Shown in pieces: positions 52,820 through 61,399 of a stretch of DNA of 64,000 nucleotides. The notes beneath the pieces are model-generated. The model worked only from the letters and a program-made list of their open reading frames with translations, had not been told where the DNA came from and did not search any database. The stretch lies in the NCBI GenBank assembly GCA_964371215.1, contig CAYJKU010000001.1:63335-127334 (forward strand), written 5' to 3'. Position 1 is the first letter of the stretch. Each line of letters begins with the position of its first letter. Source of the stretch: an uncultured Clostridium sp. (lineage in GTDB: Bacteria > Bacillota > Clostridia > TANB77 > CAG-508). A program made the translations under genes and the position numbers.

Positions 52820-52966
52820 TGGAGACAAAAGAAGAAATAAAATCTATTTTAGAAGAAATAAGGAATTGTATAAGTTATGGAGATTATTATACTGTTAAAG
52901 AATTAGTTAATTTAGAATTGGAAAAATTTGAAGATGAAGAAGAGAAAAGAAAGAGGAATAAATGAT
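52820..52966 (+). CDS. possible small protein (48 aa), METKEEIKSILEEIRNCISYGDYYTVKELVNLELEKFEDEEEKRKRNK
   Basis: Short ORF below the 60-aa track threshold, with a gaaggtg RBS. Its stop overlaps the GNAT start (ATGA). It could equally be leader sequence. Confidence 0.3.
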
Positions 52967-53387
52967 TAGAAAATTTAAAGCTGAAGATGAAACTAAAATA
53001 CTCACAATGTGGGTAAAAGCTAACTTTAGAGTAAATGATTTTATTGAAAGAGATTTTTGGATAGAAAATTTTAATGAAATGAAAGATAAAATTATTAATA
53101 ACGAGACATATATTTATGAGTATGATGGTGAAATACAAGGTTTTGTAAATATAATAAACAATTGTGAAATAACAGCAATTGTTACAAAAGAAGACAGCTT
53201 GAAGCAAGGAATAGGAAGAAAATTAATAAATTATTGTAAAGAAAAAAAAGAAAATTTAAATATCAAAGTATATGAAAATAATGTTGCAGGGGTTGTTTTT
53301 ATATTAAGGATGGAATTTAAAAATATTGGTGTACATATTGATGAAAAAACAGCTGAAAAAGAATATATTTTAGAGTGGAGAAGATAA
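52962..53387 (+). CDS. GNAT family N-acetyltransferase
   Basis: 141 aa with the acetyl-CoA-binding motif QGIGRKLINYC and the overall GNAT pattern. Confidence 0.75.
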   Translation: MIRKFKAEDETKILTMWVKANFRVNDFIERDFWIENFNEMKDKIINNETYIYEYDGEIQGFVNIINNCEITAIVTKEDSLKQGIGRKLINYCKEKKENLNIKVYENNVAGVVFILRMEFKNIGVHIDEKTAEKEYILEWRR

Positions 53388-53471
53388 TAAAAGAAAAATA
53401 TTAAAAATGTATTGACAATATGATTACTTTATGTTATTATTACTATTGTCATTTTCCTACGGGAAACAAAT

Positions 53472-53548
<77 letters not shown>

Positions 53549-53556
53549 TGATTTAA

Positions 53557-53596
53557 AACACACATTTCGTATTAAACGGGTGTGTGCTTTTGTTTT
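53557..53596 (+). terminator. terminator after the tRNA
   Basis: acacaca...tgtgtgt stem followed by cttttgtttt. Confidence 0.5.
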
Positions 53597-53722
53597 AACA
53601 CAAAAAATAAAATATCAAAGTAGTTTGACATTTTAAGTAATTAGCTATATAATATATTTAGAAGATGAGACATCATATAAAGTGATGTGTCGCTAAATTG
53701 TTATTGTATTAAAAATACATCT

Positions 53723-53881
53723 CTAACGACCAAGCAGAGATGTGTTTTTCTTTTTGTATTTATCAAAATTTTTGCTTACATTAACAAGTAGTGCAAACAA
53801 GACGATAACTACAATAGTTATATTTATAAGAATAAATAATAAAATAAATATTAAAAATATGTATATTTCTTCATATAACAT
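53723..53881 (-). CDS. possible small hydrophobic peptide (52 aa, MLYEEIYIFLIFILLFILINITIVVIVLFALLVNVSKNFDKYKKKNTSLLGR)
   Basis: aaggagg RBS 6 nt upstream of the internal ATG. A single TM helix with a KR-rich tail. Confidence 0.3.
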   Translation of the reverse strand: MLYEEIYIFLIFILLFILINITIVVIVLFALLVNVSKNFDKYKKKNTSLLGR

Positions 53882-54046
53882 AGCATCGCCTCCTTTCATT
53901 AAAGGATTGCGACATACCACATTTCTTGTTCTCTCATTTTAGTTAAAGTATACTACTGGATTAAGGTGAAAGCAATTAAAATTAAAAAGTTTTATTATAT
54001 TTTAATTAAATAAAAAAAATCGACTCTCTCAAAATCGACTTTAAAA

Positions 54047-54283
54047 TTATTTGTAGTGTCTCAGGAACACCTGAAACGCTTTGTTTAATGCTTTCTCATC
54101 TCTATTTTGGGGATTTAATACCCAAAAATAAAGGGGTAGTACATATTCATAAGAAGATTGAAATTCTTCTAATATATCTAACATTTTTAGTGGTGTTACA
54201 TCTTTAGTATTAAAGATATAACATTTGTTTGTACTAACGATTGCAATATATTTGCAGTCATTAGATGTTTTGATGTTAATCAA
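54047..54283 (-). CDS. hypothetical protein (78 aa)
   Basis: ORF only. No convincing RBS and no recognisable motif. Confidence 0.35.
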   Translation of the reverse strand: MINIKTSNDCKYIAIVSTNKCYIFNTKDVTPLKMLDILEEFQSSYEYVLPLYFWVLNPQNRDEKALNKAFQVFLRHYK

Positions 54284-54427
54284 TTGGTTTGAAAACCGAT
54301 TATTTACCCTACAGGGTATAAAAATATTGTTAAAAATCTTAAATTAATATTTAGAATATAAGTAATTTATAAAATAGTATGATATAATGAATTTAAATAA
54401 ATTATTATATGTAAAGGAATTGATAAT

Positions 54428-54943
54428 ATGGTAATATTGGAAGAAAATAAAAGTGAAAATGAGAAAATGAAATATCAGAAGTACAAAAAATATGTGAAGA
54501 TGATGCATGGAACTCAAAAACGAAAACAAGGAACTCCATATTATGAACATCCAATAGCTGTTAGTAAAATATTAAGAGAAAAAGGATTTGGAATGACATA
54601 CCAAATTTGTGCATTATTTCATGATTTATTAGAAGATACAGAAGCTATCTATGAAGATATTGAAGAAATGGCAAATTCTGAAATTGCAGATATAATAATA
54701 TTACTTACAAAAGAACCAGGGTATGTAATGAAAAAATATATAGGAAGAATTAAGAAAAATAAAATTGCTAAAATGGTTAAATTAGCAGATAGAATTCACA
54801 ATTTGTCTGAAATAGAAGGAACAGAAAGAAAATTTATAGAAAAATATATTGATGAAACAGAAAAATGGTATATAGATTTAGCAAGAGGAACTGTATTTGA
54901 AGAAGATTTGAAGAAAGTTTTAGATAAAGCTAAAACAGTATAA
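54428..54943 (+). CDS. HD domain phosphohydrolase (YfbR / (p)ppGpp-hydrolase-like small HD protein)
   Basis: YYEHPIAVSKIL...ALFHDLLEDT carries the H..HD metal-binding signature. aaagga RBS. Confidence 0.75.
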   Translation: MVILEENKSENEKMKYQKYKKYVKMMHGTQKRKQGTPYYEHPIAVSKILREKGFGMTYQICALFHDLLEDTEAIYEDIEEMANSEIADIIILLTKEPGYVMKKYIGRIKKNKIAKMVKLADRIHNLSEIEGTERKFIEKYIDETEKWYIDLARGTVFEEDLKKVLDKAKTV

Positions 54944-54945
54944 AA

Positions 54946-54987
54946 TAAAGACTTACATTTTAATAAATGTGAGTCTTTGTTTTATAT
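54946..54987. terminator. bidirectional terminator between convergent genes
   Basis: agacttacatt-ttaataa-aatgtgagtct, 11 bp, followed by ttgtttt. Confidence 0.6.
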
Positions 54988-54988
54988 A

Positions 54989-56194
54989 TTATATTACATT
55001 ATTTGTAGTGTTATTAGAAGTACTAGTATTATCTGTAACAGAATTATCTGTAGCGTTGTTTAAAGTAGTATTATTCGCAACAGAATTATCAGTAGTGTTA
55101 TTTGAAGTAGTATTATTCGTAACAGAATTATCTGTAGTGTTATTTGAAGTAGTATTATTCGTAACAGAATTATCAGTAGTGTTATTTGAAGTAGAATTAT
55201 CTGTAACAGAATTATCTGTAGTGTTATTTGAAGTAGTATTATCTGTAATAGAATTATTAGTAGTATTATTGTTTGTACTAGAATTATTATTATCTGTAAC
55301 ATCATCAGGTATAGTTGGTTCTTGTGGTGGCTCTGGAGTAGAAGGTGTTTGATTATGCCATGGATTATCTGGATGAGGGTCTGTAGGATCCCAATTTTTC
55401 AGATGATCTGAGGCAGAAGAGATATTTATTGATGATGGCTTTCCTAAAGGCCCAGGATTTGAACTACTATAAAATTCAACTTTTGTTCCATTTCCACAAT
55501 TATAATAAATCCACATAGCATCAGCTATATTTAACCTAATACAACCAGCTGATGCAGCTGTACCTAATTTATCATATTCATAATATTTAAGACTTCCAGG
55601 ATTATAATTTTGTAAATATGGTACTGAATGGAACCAAATATAATCAACAATATGAGTTGTATATTGTCCATAGACATTGCCAAATAATGCAAGCCATCTG
55701 CTTCTTGTATTAATTGTATACGTTTTCCCACCATATCTTGGAGTTGCAGTTCCAGTAGAACAAACCATAGCTTTAACAGGCACAGTATAATCATTATTAG
55801 AATCTTTACCATATATTGTAACAACTTGAGCGCCATAATTTATTTTAATATAATATGGCTCTTTATTAGAAGTACTTGTTGTAGTTGTGGAACTATTACT
55901 ATTTATAGCTATATCAGTTACTTTAGGAATATCTGTTTCTTGTTCTAATAATTCATCAACTAAAAATTCTTCCTCTGTTGTTAACGGAATCTCTAAATTT
56001 ACATCATGACTTGGTGTATATACATCTGAAGAATTTGCGGTTAAAGTAGGGGAAGAATCTTGAGACAAGATAAAATTAAGTGTGATTACACTTAAAAAGA
56101 AAATAAAAAGTATGGCTGTAAAAATTAGAAATAAACCATAACCTAGAGAATACTTTTTTAAAAACAAATTACGAACTATATTTAAAAACTTCAT
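54989..56194 (-). CDS. L,D-transpeptidase (YkuD) domain protein with an N-terminal membrane anchor and a low-complexity Asn/Thr/Ser/Asp-rich C-terminal tandem repeat
   Basis: The catalytic region is HSVPYLQ...GTAASAGCIRLNIADAMWIY (His ... Ser/Thr-x-Gly-Cys). N-terminal TM helix. The C-terminus is (TTDNSVTNNTTSNN)n. Confidence 0.8.
   Translation of the reverse strand: MKFLNIVRNLFLKKYSLGYGLFLIFTAILFIFFLSVITLNFILSQDSSPTLTANSSDVYTPSHDVNLEIPLTTEEEFLVDELLEQETDIPKVTDIAINSNSSTTTTSTSNKEPYYIKINYGAQVVTIYGKDSNNDYTVPVKAMVCSTGTATPRYGGKTYTINTRSRWLALFGNVYGQYTTHIVDYIWFHSVPYLQNYNPGSLKYYEYDKLGTAASAGCIRLNIADAMWIYYNCGNGTKVEFYSSSNPGPLGKPSSINISSASDHLKNWDPTDPHPDNPWHNQTPSTPEPPQEPTIPDDVTDNNNSSTNNNTTNNSITDNTTSNNTTDNSVTDNSTSNNTTDNSVTNNTTSNNTTDNSVTNNTTSNNTTDNSVANNTTLNNATDNSVTDNTSTSNNTTNNVI
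55020..55300. repeat. tandem 42-bp repeat, about 6 copies, encoding the 14-aa low-complexity repeat of the L,D-transpeptidase
   Basis: On the plus strand, gtaacagaattatc(t/a)gtagtgttatttgaagtagtattattc is repeated head-to-tail with point differences. Confidence 0.8.
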
Positions 56195-56401
56195 ATATTT
56201 TTCCTATACTATTAAAATTAATATCTTTGATTAGATAATATCATAGTGAAATAATAATTACAAGTAATTGAATTAGGAATTAACAAATAATTTATCAAAT
56301 AAATGTTCGCCAAAGCTTGACTTTTATTTTGGATATTTATATAATGTGAAACATGAAATAAGAAAATATAAGAATGATAAACAATAGTGAAAGAGGTAAA
56401 T

Positions 56402-56956
56402 ATGAAAGAACAATTTTTAGGGTTATTAAAACAAGTAAATAGAGAAGGTATAGATGAATTGATTGCATTTTTAGAAAAATCAGATTTCTTTACAGCACCA
56501 GCTAGTACTAGATTTCATGGGGATTTTGAAGGTGGACTTGCAGCACATAGTATAAAAGTATATGAAATATTAAAACATAAAGTTGAAACAAATATAGAAA
56601 AATTAGATATACCAGAAGAATCTATAATATTAATAGGATTATTACATGATATATGTAAAACAAATTTCTATAAAACAGATTTTAGAAATGCGAAAAATGC
56701 ATTAGGAGTATGGGAAAAAGTACCTTATTACACAATTGAAGATACAATTCCATATGGGCATGGGGAAAAATCTGTAATGATGATAACAGAATATATAAAA
56801 TTAACACCAGATGAGAAATATTCAATTCGTTGGCATATGGGATATACAGAACCAAAAGAATTATATAATGCGATTGGAGCAAGTTATAAGAAATATCCAG
56901 TAGCATTACTTACTCATGAAGCAGACTTAGAAGCAACATATTTTTATGATATATAA
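56402..56956 (+). CDS. HD superfamily metal-dependent phosphohydrolase
   Basis: Start corrected to the ATG after the aagagg RBS. TRFHGDFEGGLAAHSIKV...IGLLHDICK carries H...HD motifs. Confidence 0.7.
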   Translation: MKEQFLGLLKQVNREGIDELIAFLEKSDFFTAPASTRFHGDFEGGLAAHSIKVYEILKHKVETNIEKLDIPEESIILIGLLHDICKTNFYKTDFRNAKNALGVWEKVPYYTIEDTIPYGHGEKSVMMITEYIKLTPDEKYSIRWHMGYTEPKELYNAIGASYKKYPVALLTHEADLEATYFYDI

Positions 56957-56973
56957 TAGATAAGGGGAATAAA

Positions 56974-57597
56974 ATGTTAGCATATGTAAAAGGAATATTA
57001 GAAACGAAAATGACAGGATATATTGTAATTGATGTAGGTGGATTAGGATATAAAATATATATGTCAGATATAAATATAGATAATGTAGGAAATATTGGGC
57101 AAACTGTAAAAGTCCATACACATTATAAAGTAAAAGAAGATGATATAAGTATATTTGGATTTAATACTTTAGAAGAATTAAAAATGTTTGAATTATTAAT
57201 AAGTGTAAGTGGTGTTGGAGCAAAAACAGCCTTAGCAATGTTAGCAGTAGTTGCACCTTCAGATTTTGCACTTGCAGTTGTAGCTGAAGATGTAAATACA
57301 TTAACTACAATACCTGGTATTGGGCCAAAATCAGCTAAAAGAATAATATTAGAATTAAAAGATAAGATTAAGAAAGAAGAACAAATCCAAGAATTATCTA
57401 AAGCAAATAGTGGAATTAGTAGTAAACTTACTAAAGCTATTGCAGATGATAAAAAAGTAAAAGAAGCTGTTGAAGCACTTCAAGTATTAGGATATAATAA
57501 AAAGCAAATTGAAAAAGAATTTGAAAAAATTGAAAATAAAACTGAATTATCTACAGAAGATTTAATTAAAAAAGGATTAAGCTTATTAGGTATGTAA
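56974..57597 (+). CDS. ruvA: Holliday junction branch-migration complex subunit RuvA
   Basis: MLAYVKGIL...GLGYKIY...LISVSGVGAKTALAMLA...IPGIGPKSAKRIILELKDK: OB fold plus two helix-hairpin-helix motifs and the C-terminal RuvB-interaction domain. Confidence 0.9.
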   Translation: MLAYVKGILETKMTGYIVIDVGGLGYKIYMSDINIDNVGNIGQTVKVHTHYKVKEDDISIFGFNTLEELKMFELLISVSGVGAKTALAMLAVVAPSDFALAVVAEDVNTLTTIPGIGPKSAKRIILELKDKIKKEEQIQELSKANSGISSKLTKAIADDKKVKEAVEALQVLGYNKKQIEKEFEKIENKTELSTEDLIKKGLSLLGM

Positions 57598-57617
57598 TTA
57601 GACATTAAGAAAATGAG

Positions 57618-58868
57618 GTGATGTATTTGAATCAAAAAGAACCATTAGCATATAGAATAAGACCAAAATCATTAGAAGAATATGTAGGACAAGAACATGT
57701 TATAGGAAAAAGTAAAATATTATATAGAACAATTAAAGCAGATAGATTATCAAGCATTATCTTATTTGGACCTCCAGGGTGTGGGAAAACATCACTTGCA
57801 AGAGTTATTAGTGAAACAACTAAATATAAGTTTTATAAAATTAATGCTGTAACATCAGGTGTTGCAGATATAAAAAGAGTAATTGAAGAAACTAGGAATT
57901 TTATGCTTAATCCAACAGGGAAAAGTATACTATTTATAGATGAGATTCATAGATTTAATAAATTACAACAAGATGCATTACTTCCATTTGTAGAAAATGG
58001 TACAATTATATTAATTGGAGCAACAACAGAAAATCCATATTTTGAAGTAAATAAAGCCTTAATATCTAGGTCGATGGTTATAAAATTAGAACCATTAACA
58101 GAAGAAAATATTTATCAAGTTTTAAAAAATGCACTAGAAAGAGAAGATGGGCTTGGTGAATATAATGTTAAAATTGAAGATAGCACATTAAAAAAAATTG
58201 CAACAATAAGTAATGGTGATGTAAGAACAGCATTAAATGGATTAGAAATAGCAGTACTTACAACAAATATGGATAAAGATGGATATATACATATAACAGA
58301 TGAAGTTATTAAAAATAGTATTCAAAATAAAAAAGCTATTTTTGATAAAAATGGTGAAGTTCATTATGATAATATTAGTGCATTCATAAAATCTATGAGA
58401 GGTACTGATCCAGATGCTACATTATTTTATTTAGCAAGAGCTATACAAGGTGGAGAAGATCCAATGTTTTTAGCAAGAAGAATTGTAATATCAGCAGCTG
58501 AAGATGTAGGAATGGCAAATCCAAATGCTTTAGTAGTAGCAAATGCGGCAATGCAAGCAGTACATACTGTTGGGATGCCAGAAGGTAGAATAATATTAGC
58601 ACAAGCAGCTGTATATGTTGCTACATCTAAAAAATCTAATGCAACATATTTAGGGATAAATAGAGCTCTGCAAGATGTAGAAACAAAAAACACAGGTGAA
58701 ATACCAATGCAAATAAGAAATGCTCCAATAGAAAAAATGAGAGAACTTGGATATAACGAAGGATACTTATATCCACATGATTTTCCAAACCATTATGTAG
58801 AGCAACAATATATGCCAGATGAAATGGTAGGTACAAAATATTATATAAAAGATGATACAGTTGATTAA
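57618..58868 (+). CDS. rarA: replication-associated recombination protein A (AAA+ ATPase RarA/MgsA)
   Basis: LAYRIRPKSLEEYVGQEHV, Walker A LFGPPGCGKTSLARV, Walker B ILFIDEIHRFNK, and the C-terminal MgsA-specific domains. The start could be ATG 57618/57621 or TTG 57627. Confidence 0.9.
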   Translation: MMYLNQKEPLAYRIRPKSLEEYVGQEHVIGKSKILYRTIKADRLSSIILFGPPGCGKTSLARVISETTKYKFYKINAVTSGVADIKRVIEETRNFMLNPTGKSILFIDEIHRFNKLQQDALLPFVENGTIILIGATTENPYFEVNKALISRSMVIKLEPLTEENIYQVLKNALEREDGLGEYNVKIEDSTLKKIATISNGDVRTALNGLEIAVLTTNMDKDGYIHITDEVIKNSIQNKKAIFDKNGEVHYDNISAFIKSMRGTDPDATLFYLARAIQGGEDPMFLARRIVISAAEDVGMANPNALVVANAAMQAVHTVGMPEGRIILAQAAVYVATSKKSNATYLGINRALQDVETKNTGEIPMQIRNAPIEKMRELGYNEGYLYPHDFPNHYVEQQYMPDEMVGTKYYIKDDTVD

Positions 58869-58898
58869 AATATTTTAGTGAATAAAATGATAAAATAT

Positions 58899-58926
58899 GG
58901 AAAACCTATTAAAAAGTAGGTTTTTT
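58899..58926 (+). terminator. rho-independent terminator of rarA
   Basis: gaaaaccta-ttaaaaag-taggtttttt followed by att. It lies inside the N-terminal extension of the track ORF 58897..59301, which argues for the downstream ATG 58930 as the true start of that gene. Confidence 0.6.
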
Positions 58927-58929
58927 ATT

Positions 58930-59301
58930 ATGGGAAAAATAAATAAAAAAGAAATTATAAAAATTGGACTAATTGGAATTATATCAGGTCTAATAAATGG
59001 AATGTTTTCAACTGGTGCAGGTATGTTATTAGTTCCATCATTTATATATTTATTAAAAATAGAAGATAAAAAGGCAAGAGGGACATCAGTTTTTTGTATA
59101 TTAATAATGGTTATAACCACAAGTTTTTTTTATTCAAAAGAAAACTATATTGATATGAATTTATCTATATTAGTTGCAATTGGGGGAATAGTTGGAGGAA
59201 TTATTGGAGCGAAAGTATTAAAAAAAATAAATGTAAAATATTTAAAAATATTATTTACAATTTTTTTAATATATATGTCATATACTCTAATTTTCAATTA
59301 G
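58930..59301 (+). CDS. TauE/SafE (DUF81) family half-size membrane protein (4 TM), first of an adjacent pair
   Basis: GMFSTGAGMLLVPSFIYLL matches the G.G.G....VP..L repeat motif of TauE. Four predicted TM helices, about 124 aa. Confidence 0.55.
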   Translation: MGKINKKEIIKIGLIGIISGLINGMFSTGAGMLLVPSFIYLLKIEDKKARGTSVFCILIMVITTSFFYSKENYIDMNLSILVAIGGIVGGIIGAKVLKKINVKYLKILFTIFLIYMSYTLIFN

Positions 59302-59321
59302 ATAATTAAGGAAGTGAAAAT

Positions 59322-59693
59322 GTGGAAATACTATTTGGAGTTTTTTCAGGAATAATTAGTGGTACAGGAATGGGTGGAGGAACTTTTTTAATATTTTTGT
59401 TAACACATATATTAGAAGTAGAATACCATGTGGCTCAGGGTACCAATCTAATATTCTTTATTCCAACATCTATTGTTGCAATAATTATTAATATTAGAAA
59501 TAAGAATATAGATATGAAAATAGCTATTTTAATATCTATATTTGGAGTAATTGGTGCAATAATTGGTGCAAATATATCTATATATTTAAATATTGAATTA
59601 GTAAAAAAAATATTTGGAATATTTTTAATAATTGTAGCAATTCATGAAATATATACCATATATAATTTGTATAAAAATGAAGGTAAAATGTAA
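59322..59693 (+). CDS. TauE/SafE (DUF81) family half-size membrane protein (4 TM), second of the pair; GTG start
   Basis: GTGMGGGTFLIFLLTHIL...AQGTNL motif. It is 20 nt downstream of the first half and in a different frame. Confidence 0.55.
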   Translation: MEILFGVFSGIISGTGMGGGTFLIFLLTHILEVEYHVAQGTNLIFFIPTSIVAIIINIRNKNIDMKIAILISIFGVIGAIIGANISIYLNIELVKKIFGIFLIIVAIHEIYTIYNLYKNEGKM

Positions 59694-59727
59694 TAATAAA
59701 AATAGAATATAATTTGGAGGTATATAT

Positions 59728-59868
59728 ATGAAATTTATTAAAGGTGCCTTAATAGGTGGAGCATTAGCAACTGGTGTTGTTATGATGATGATTGAAACAG
59801 ATATGATTAATAAGAAAAAAATAATGAAAAAAGGTAAAAAAATAGTAAGACAAATGGGGATAATGTAA
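59728..59868 (+). CDS. possible small membrane protein (46 aa, MKFIKGALIGGALATGVVMMMIETDMINKKKIMKKGKKIVRQMGIM)
   Basis: Strong RBS (tttggagg) 8 nt upstream. Followed by a terminator. Below the ORF-track size cutoff. Confidence 0.45.
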   Translation: MKFIKGALIGGALATGVVMMMIETDMINKKKIMKKGKKIVRQMGIM

Positions 59869-59871
59869 CAA

Positions 59872-59908
59872 AGAAGAGAGTTTAATGCTCTCTTTTCTTG
59901 TTATTTTA
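59872..59908 (+). terminator. rho-independent terminator
   Basis: aagagag-tttaatg-ctctctt followed by ttcttgttatttt. Confidence 0.6.
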
Positions 59909-60036
59909 CATAATGTGTAGTATAATATTAAACAAGTACTAAGTGTACAATATTTTTTTCACTTAAAAGTATTAGCAAAAACTCCAGATACTTTTAATTT
60001 TAAATATAAATATTAAAATAAAGAAGGAGTGTTTTT

Positions 60037-60474
60037 ATGACACGGAAGATTGAAGTGGAAATTTTAATCACATCAATTGTGATTGGAGCAAGTTTGGGAA
60101 TTATATATAGCTTGCAAAATGGTAGTATTATGGATGTAGTAATATATACCATGTTAAATATTATTTTATATTTAGTTGCTGTTGCAATTTTTGCAAGTAG
60201 ATATAAAATTATAAAAGTTACTATAGGAGTTATGGTAATAATATTTTTTGTATTAACATTATTAGATGGACTTAGTAACTCAAGTAATAATATTGGTATT
60301 TCTACTATTATCTCTATAGTAGAAGGATTACTTATAGTTTTTCAAGCGAGTAGATTGAAAAGTCAAAAAGATTTGGAAAGCGATATTGAAAGAATTAGTG
60401 ATGTACAGGAATTGTTTTTAAAATTTAGTACAATTGTTCAAGAAGAATCTAATAATAATACCGATAATACCTAA
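60037..60474 (+). CDS. hypothetical membrane protein (4 TM, 145 aa)
   Basis: aaggag RBS, hydrophobic helices, terminator downstream. Confidence 0.55.
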   Translation: MTRKIEVEILITSIVIGASLGIIYSLQNGSIMDVVIYTMLNIILYLVAVAIFASRYKIIKVTIGVMVIIFFVLTLLDGLSNSSNNIGISTIISIVEGLLIVFQASRLKSQKDLESDIERISDVQELFLKFSTIVQEESNNNTDNT

Positions 60475-60478
60475 ATGA

Positions 60479-60511
60479 AAGAACAACCAATATTCTTGGT
60501 TGTTCTTTTTA
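60479..60511. terminator. bidirectional terminator between convergent genes
   Basis: Perfect 10-bp stem aagaacaacc-aatattctt-ggttgttctt followed by ttt. Confidence 0.75.
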
Positions 60512-60525
60512 ATGTAAAATAAAAA

Positions 60526-60990
60526 TTAATCTTTGCAATCACAATCACAATCATAATCACATTTTTTACAATCTTTACATGGTTCATTGCAATTGATATA
60601 ACAATCACATTTATCGTTTTTATCACCTTTTAAGCATTTACCTTCATGATGACATTTAGCACATATTTTAATTTTTTTAGTATCATTTACCCATAATTGT
60701 AAAGCATATTCTTTACCAGGACAAAGTGGACCAAATACGAATTCTCCTTCTTTATCAGTAAATGTATGTCCTATAGGTCTTCTATCTTCTTTACCTTGTT
60801 CATAAACTACTTCAACTAATTTTACAACAGCATCACATATTGGTTCTTTAAAACAGTTTCTTACAACTCCATATATGACATCACGATTGTCTTCTGGTAA
60901 AGTTATATCAAGATCAAATTGCTTACCTCCAGATATTACTCCATCAACATCTAATACAGGACAATGATGTTTTTTTTCTTCAAATTCCAT
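60526..60990 (-). CDS. cysteine-rich protein: N-terminal prealbumin/CarboxypepD_reg-like beta-sandwich plus a C-terminal Cys-rich tail (candidate spore coat/exosporium-type structural protein, speculative)
   Basis: aaggaggg RBS. GVVRNCFKEPICDAVVKLVEVVY...TDKEGEFVFGPLCPGKEYALQL resembles the regulatory carboxypeptidase fold. The C-terminus is CAKCHHEGKCLKGDKNDKCDCYINCNEPCKDCKKCDYDCDCDCKD, that is about 18 Cys in 50 aa. Confidence 0.65.
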   Translation of the reverse strand: MEFEEKKHHCPVLDVDGVISGGKQFDLDITLPEDNRDVIYGVVRNCFKEPICDAVVKLVEVVYEQGKEDRRPIGHTFTDKEGEFVFGPLCPGKEYALQLWVNDTKKIKICAKCHHEGKCLKGDKNDKCDCYINCNEPCKDCKKCDYDCDCDCKD

Positions 60991-61399
60991 AAATTATTCC
61001 CTCCTTATATTAACAACAAATGTTGTTTGTATATAATATGACAAAATTATATAAAAGTTGAGAAAGTATTCTAATAAAATAAAGAATTAGCTTTATAATT
61101 TAGTATTTAAGTAGAAAAATGTTTATAAATTGAAAGTATATGTGTATTGTACCAGCAGGTTAGATAAAACATATACTATTATATTAGTATAAATTAATGA
61201 TAGAATGTATTGATATATAGATTATTTAATGATAAAATAAAAATAAATACAAAAGAAAAGGGGGAGAATAAATGATTACAAATTAAAATTTATATTGTAT
61301 AAAAGAAAACAATGTATTTTTTAAAATTTAATAAAGGAAAAAGTTGGAAAATTTATCAAAAATTAAAATGAAAAAACATTAAAGAAAGGGAAAGAGAAT

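Noticed and set aside
53742-53942. Plus-strand 66-aa ORF overlapping the small minus-strand peptide gene downstream of the tRNA
   Set aside because: No RBS and a low-complexity translation. The opposite-strand short ORF has a good RBS and is the better candidate.
54901-54945. The stop codon of the HD-domain gene (track end 54943) looked one nucleotide off in my manual reading of the printed sequence
   Set aside because: I cannot resolve a one-base discrepancy by eye. The ORF track is computed from the sequence itself, so I kept its coordinates; my manually placed terminator coordinates should be treated as plus or minus 2 nt.
54969-55352. Plus-strand 127-aa ORF with VLFEVVLFVTELSVVLFEVVL repeats
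   Set aside because: This is the antisense reading of the 42-bp tandem repeat in the L,D-transpeptidase gene, and it has no RBS. The repeat is coding low-complexity sequence, not a CRISPR array, because there are no unique spacers.
58875-59120. Minus-strand 81-aa ORF overlapping the first TauE half-gene
   Set aside because: Antisense to a membrane protein gene; no RBS.
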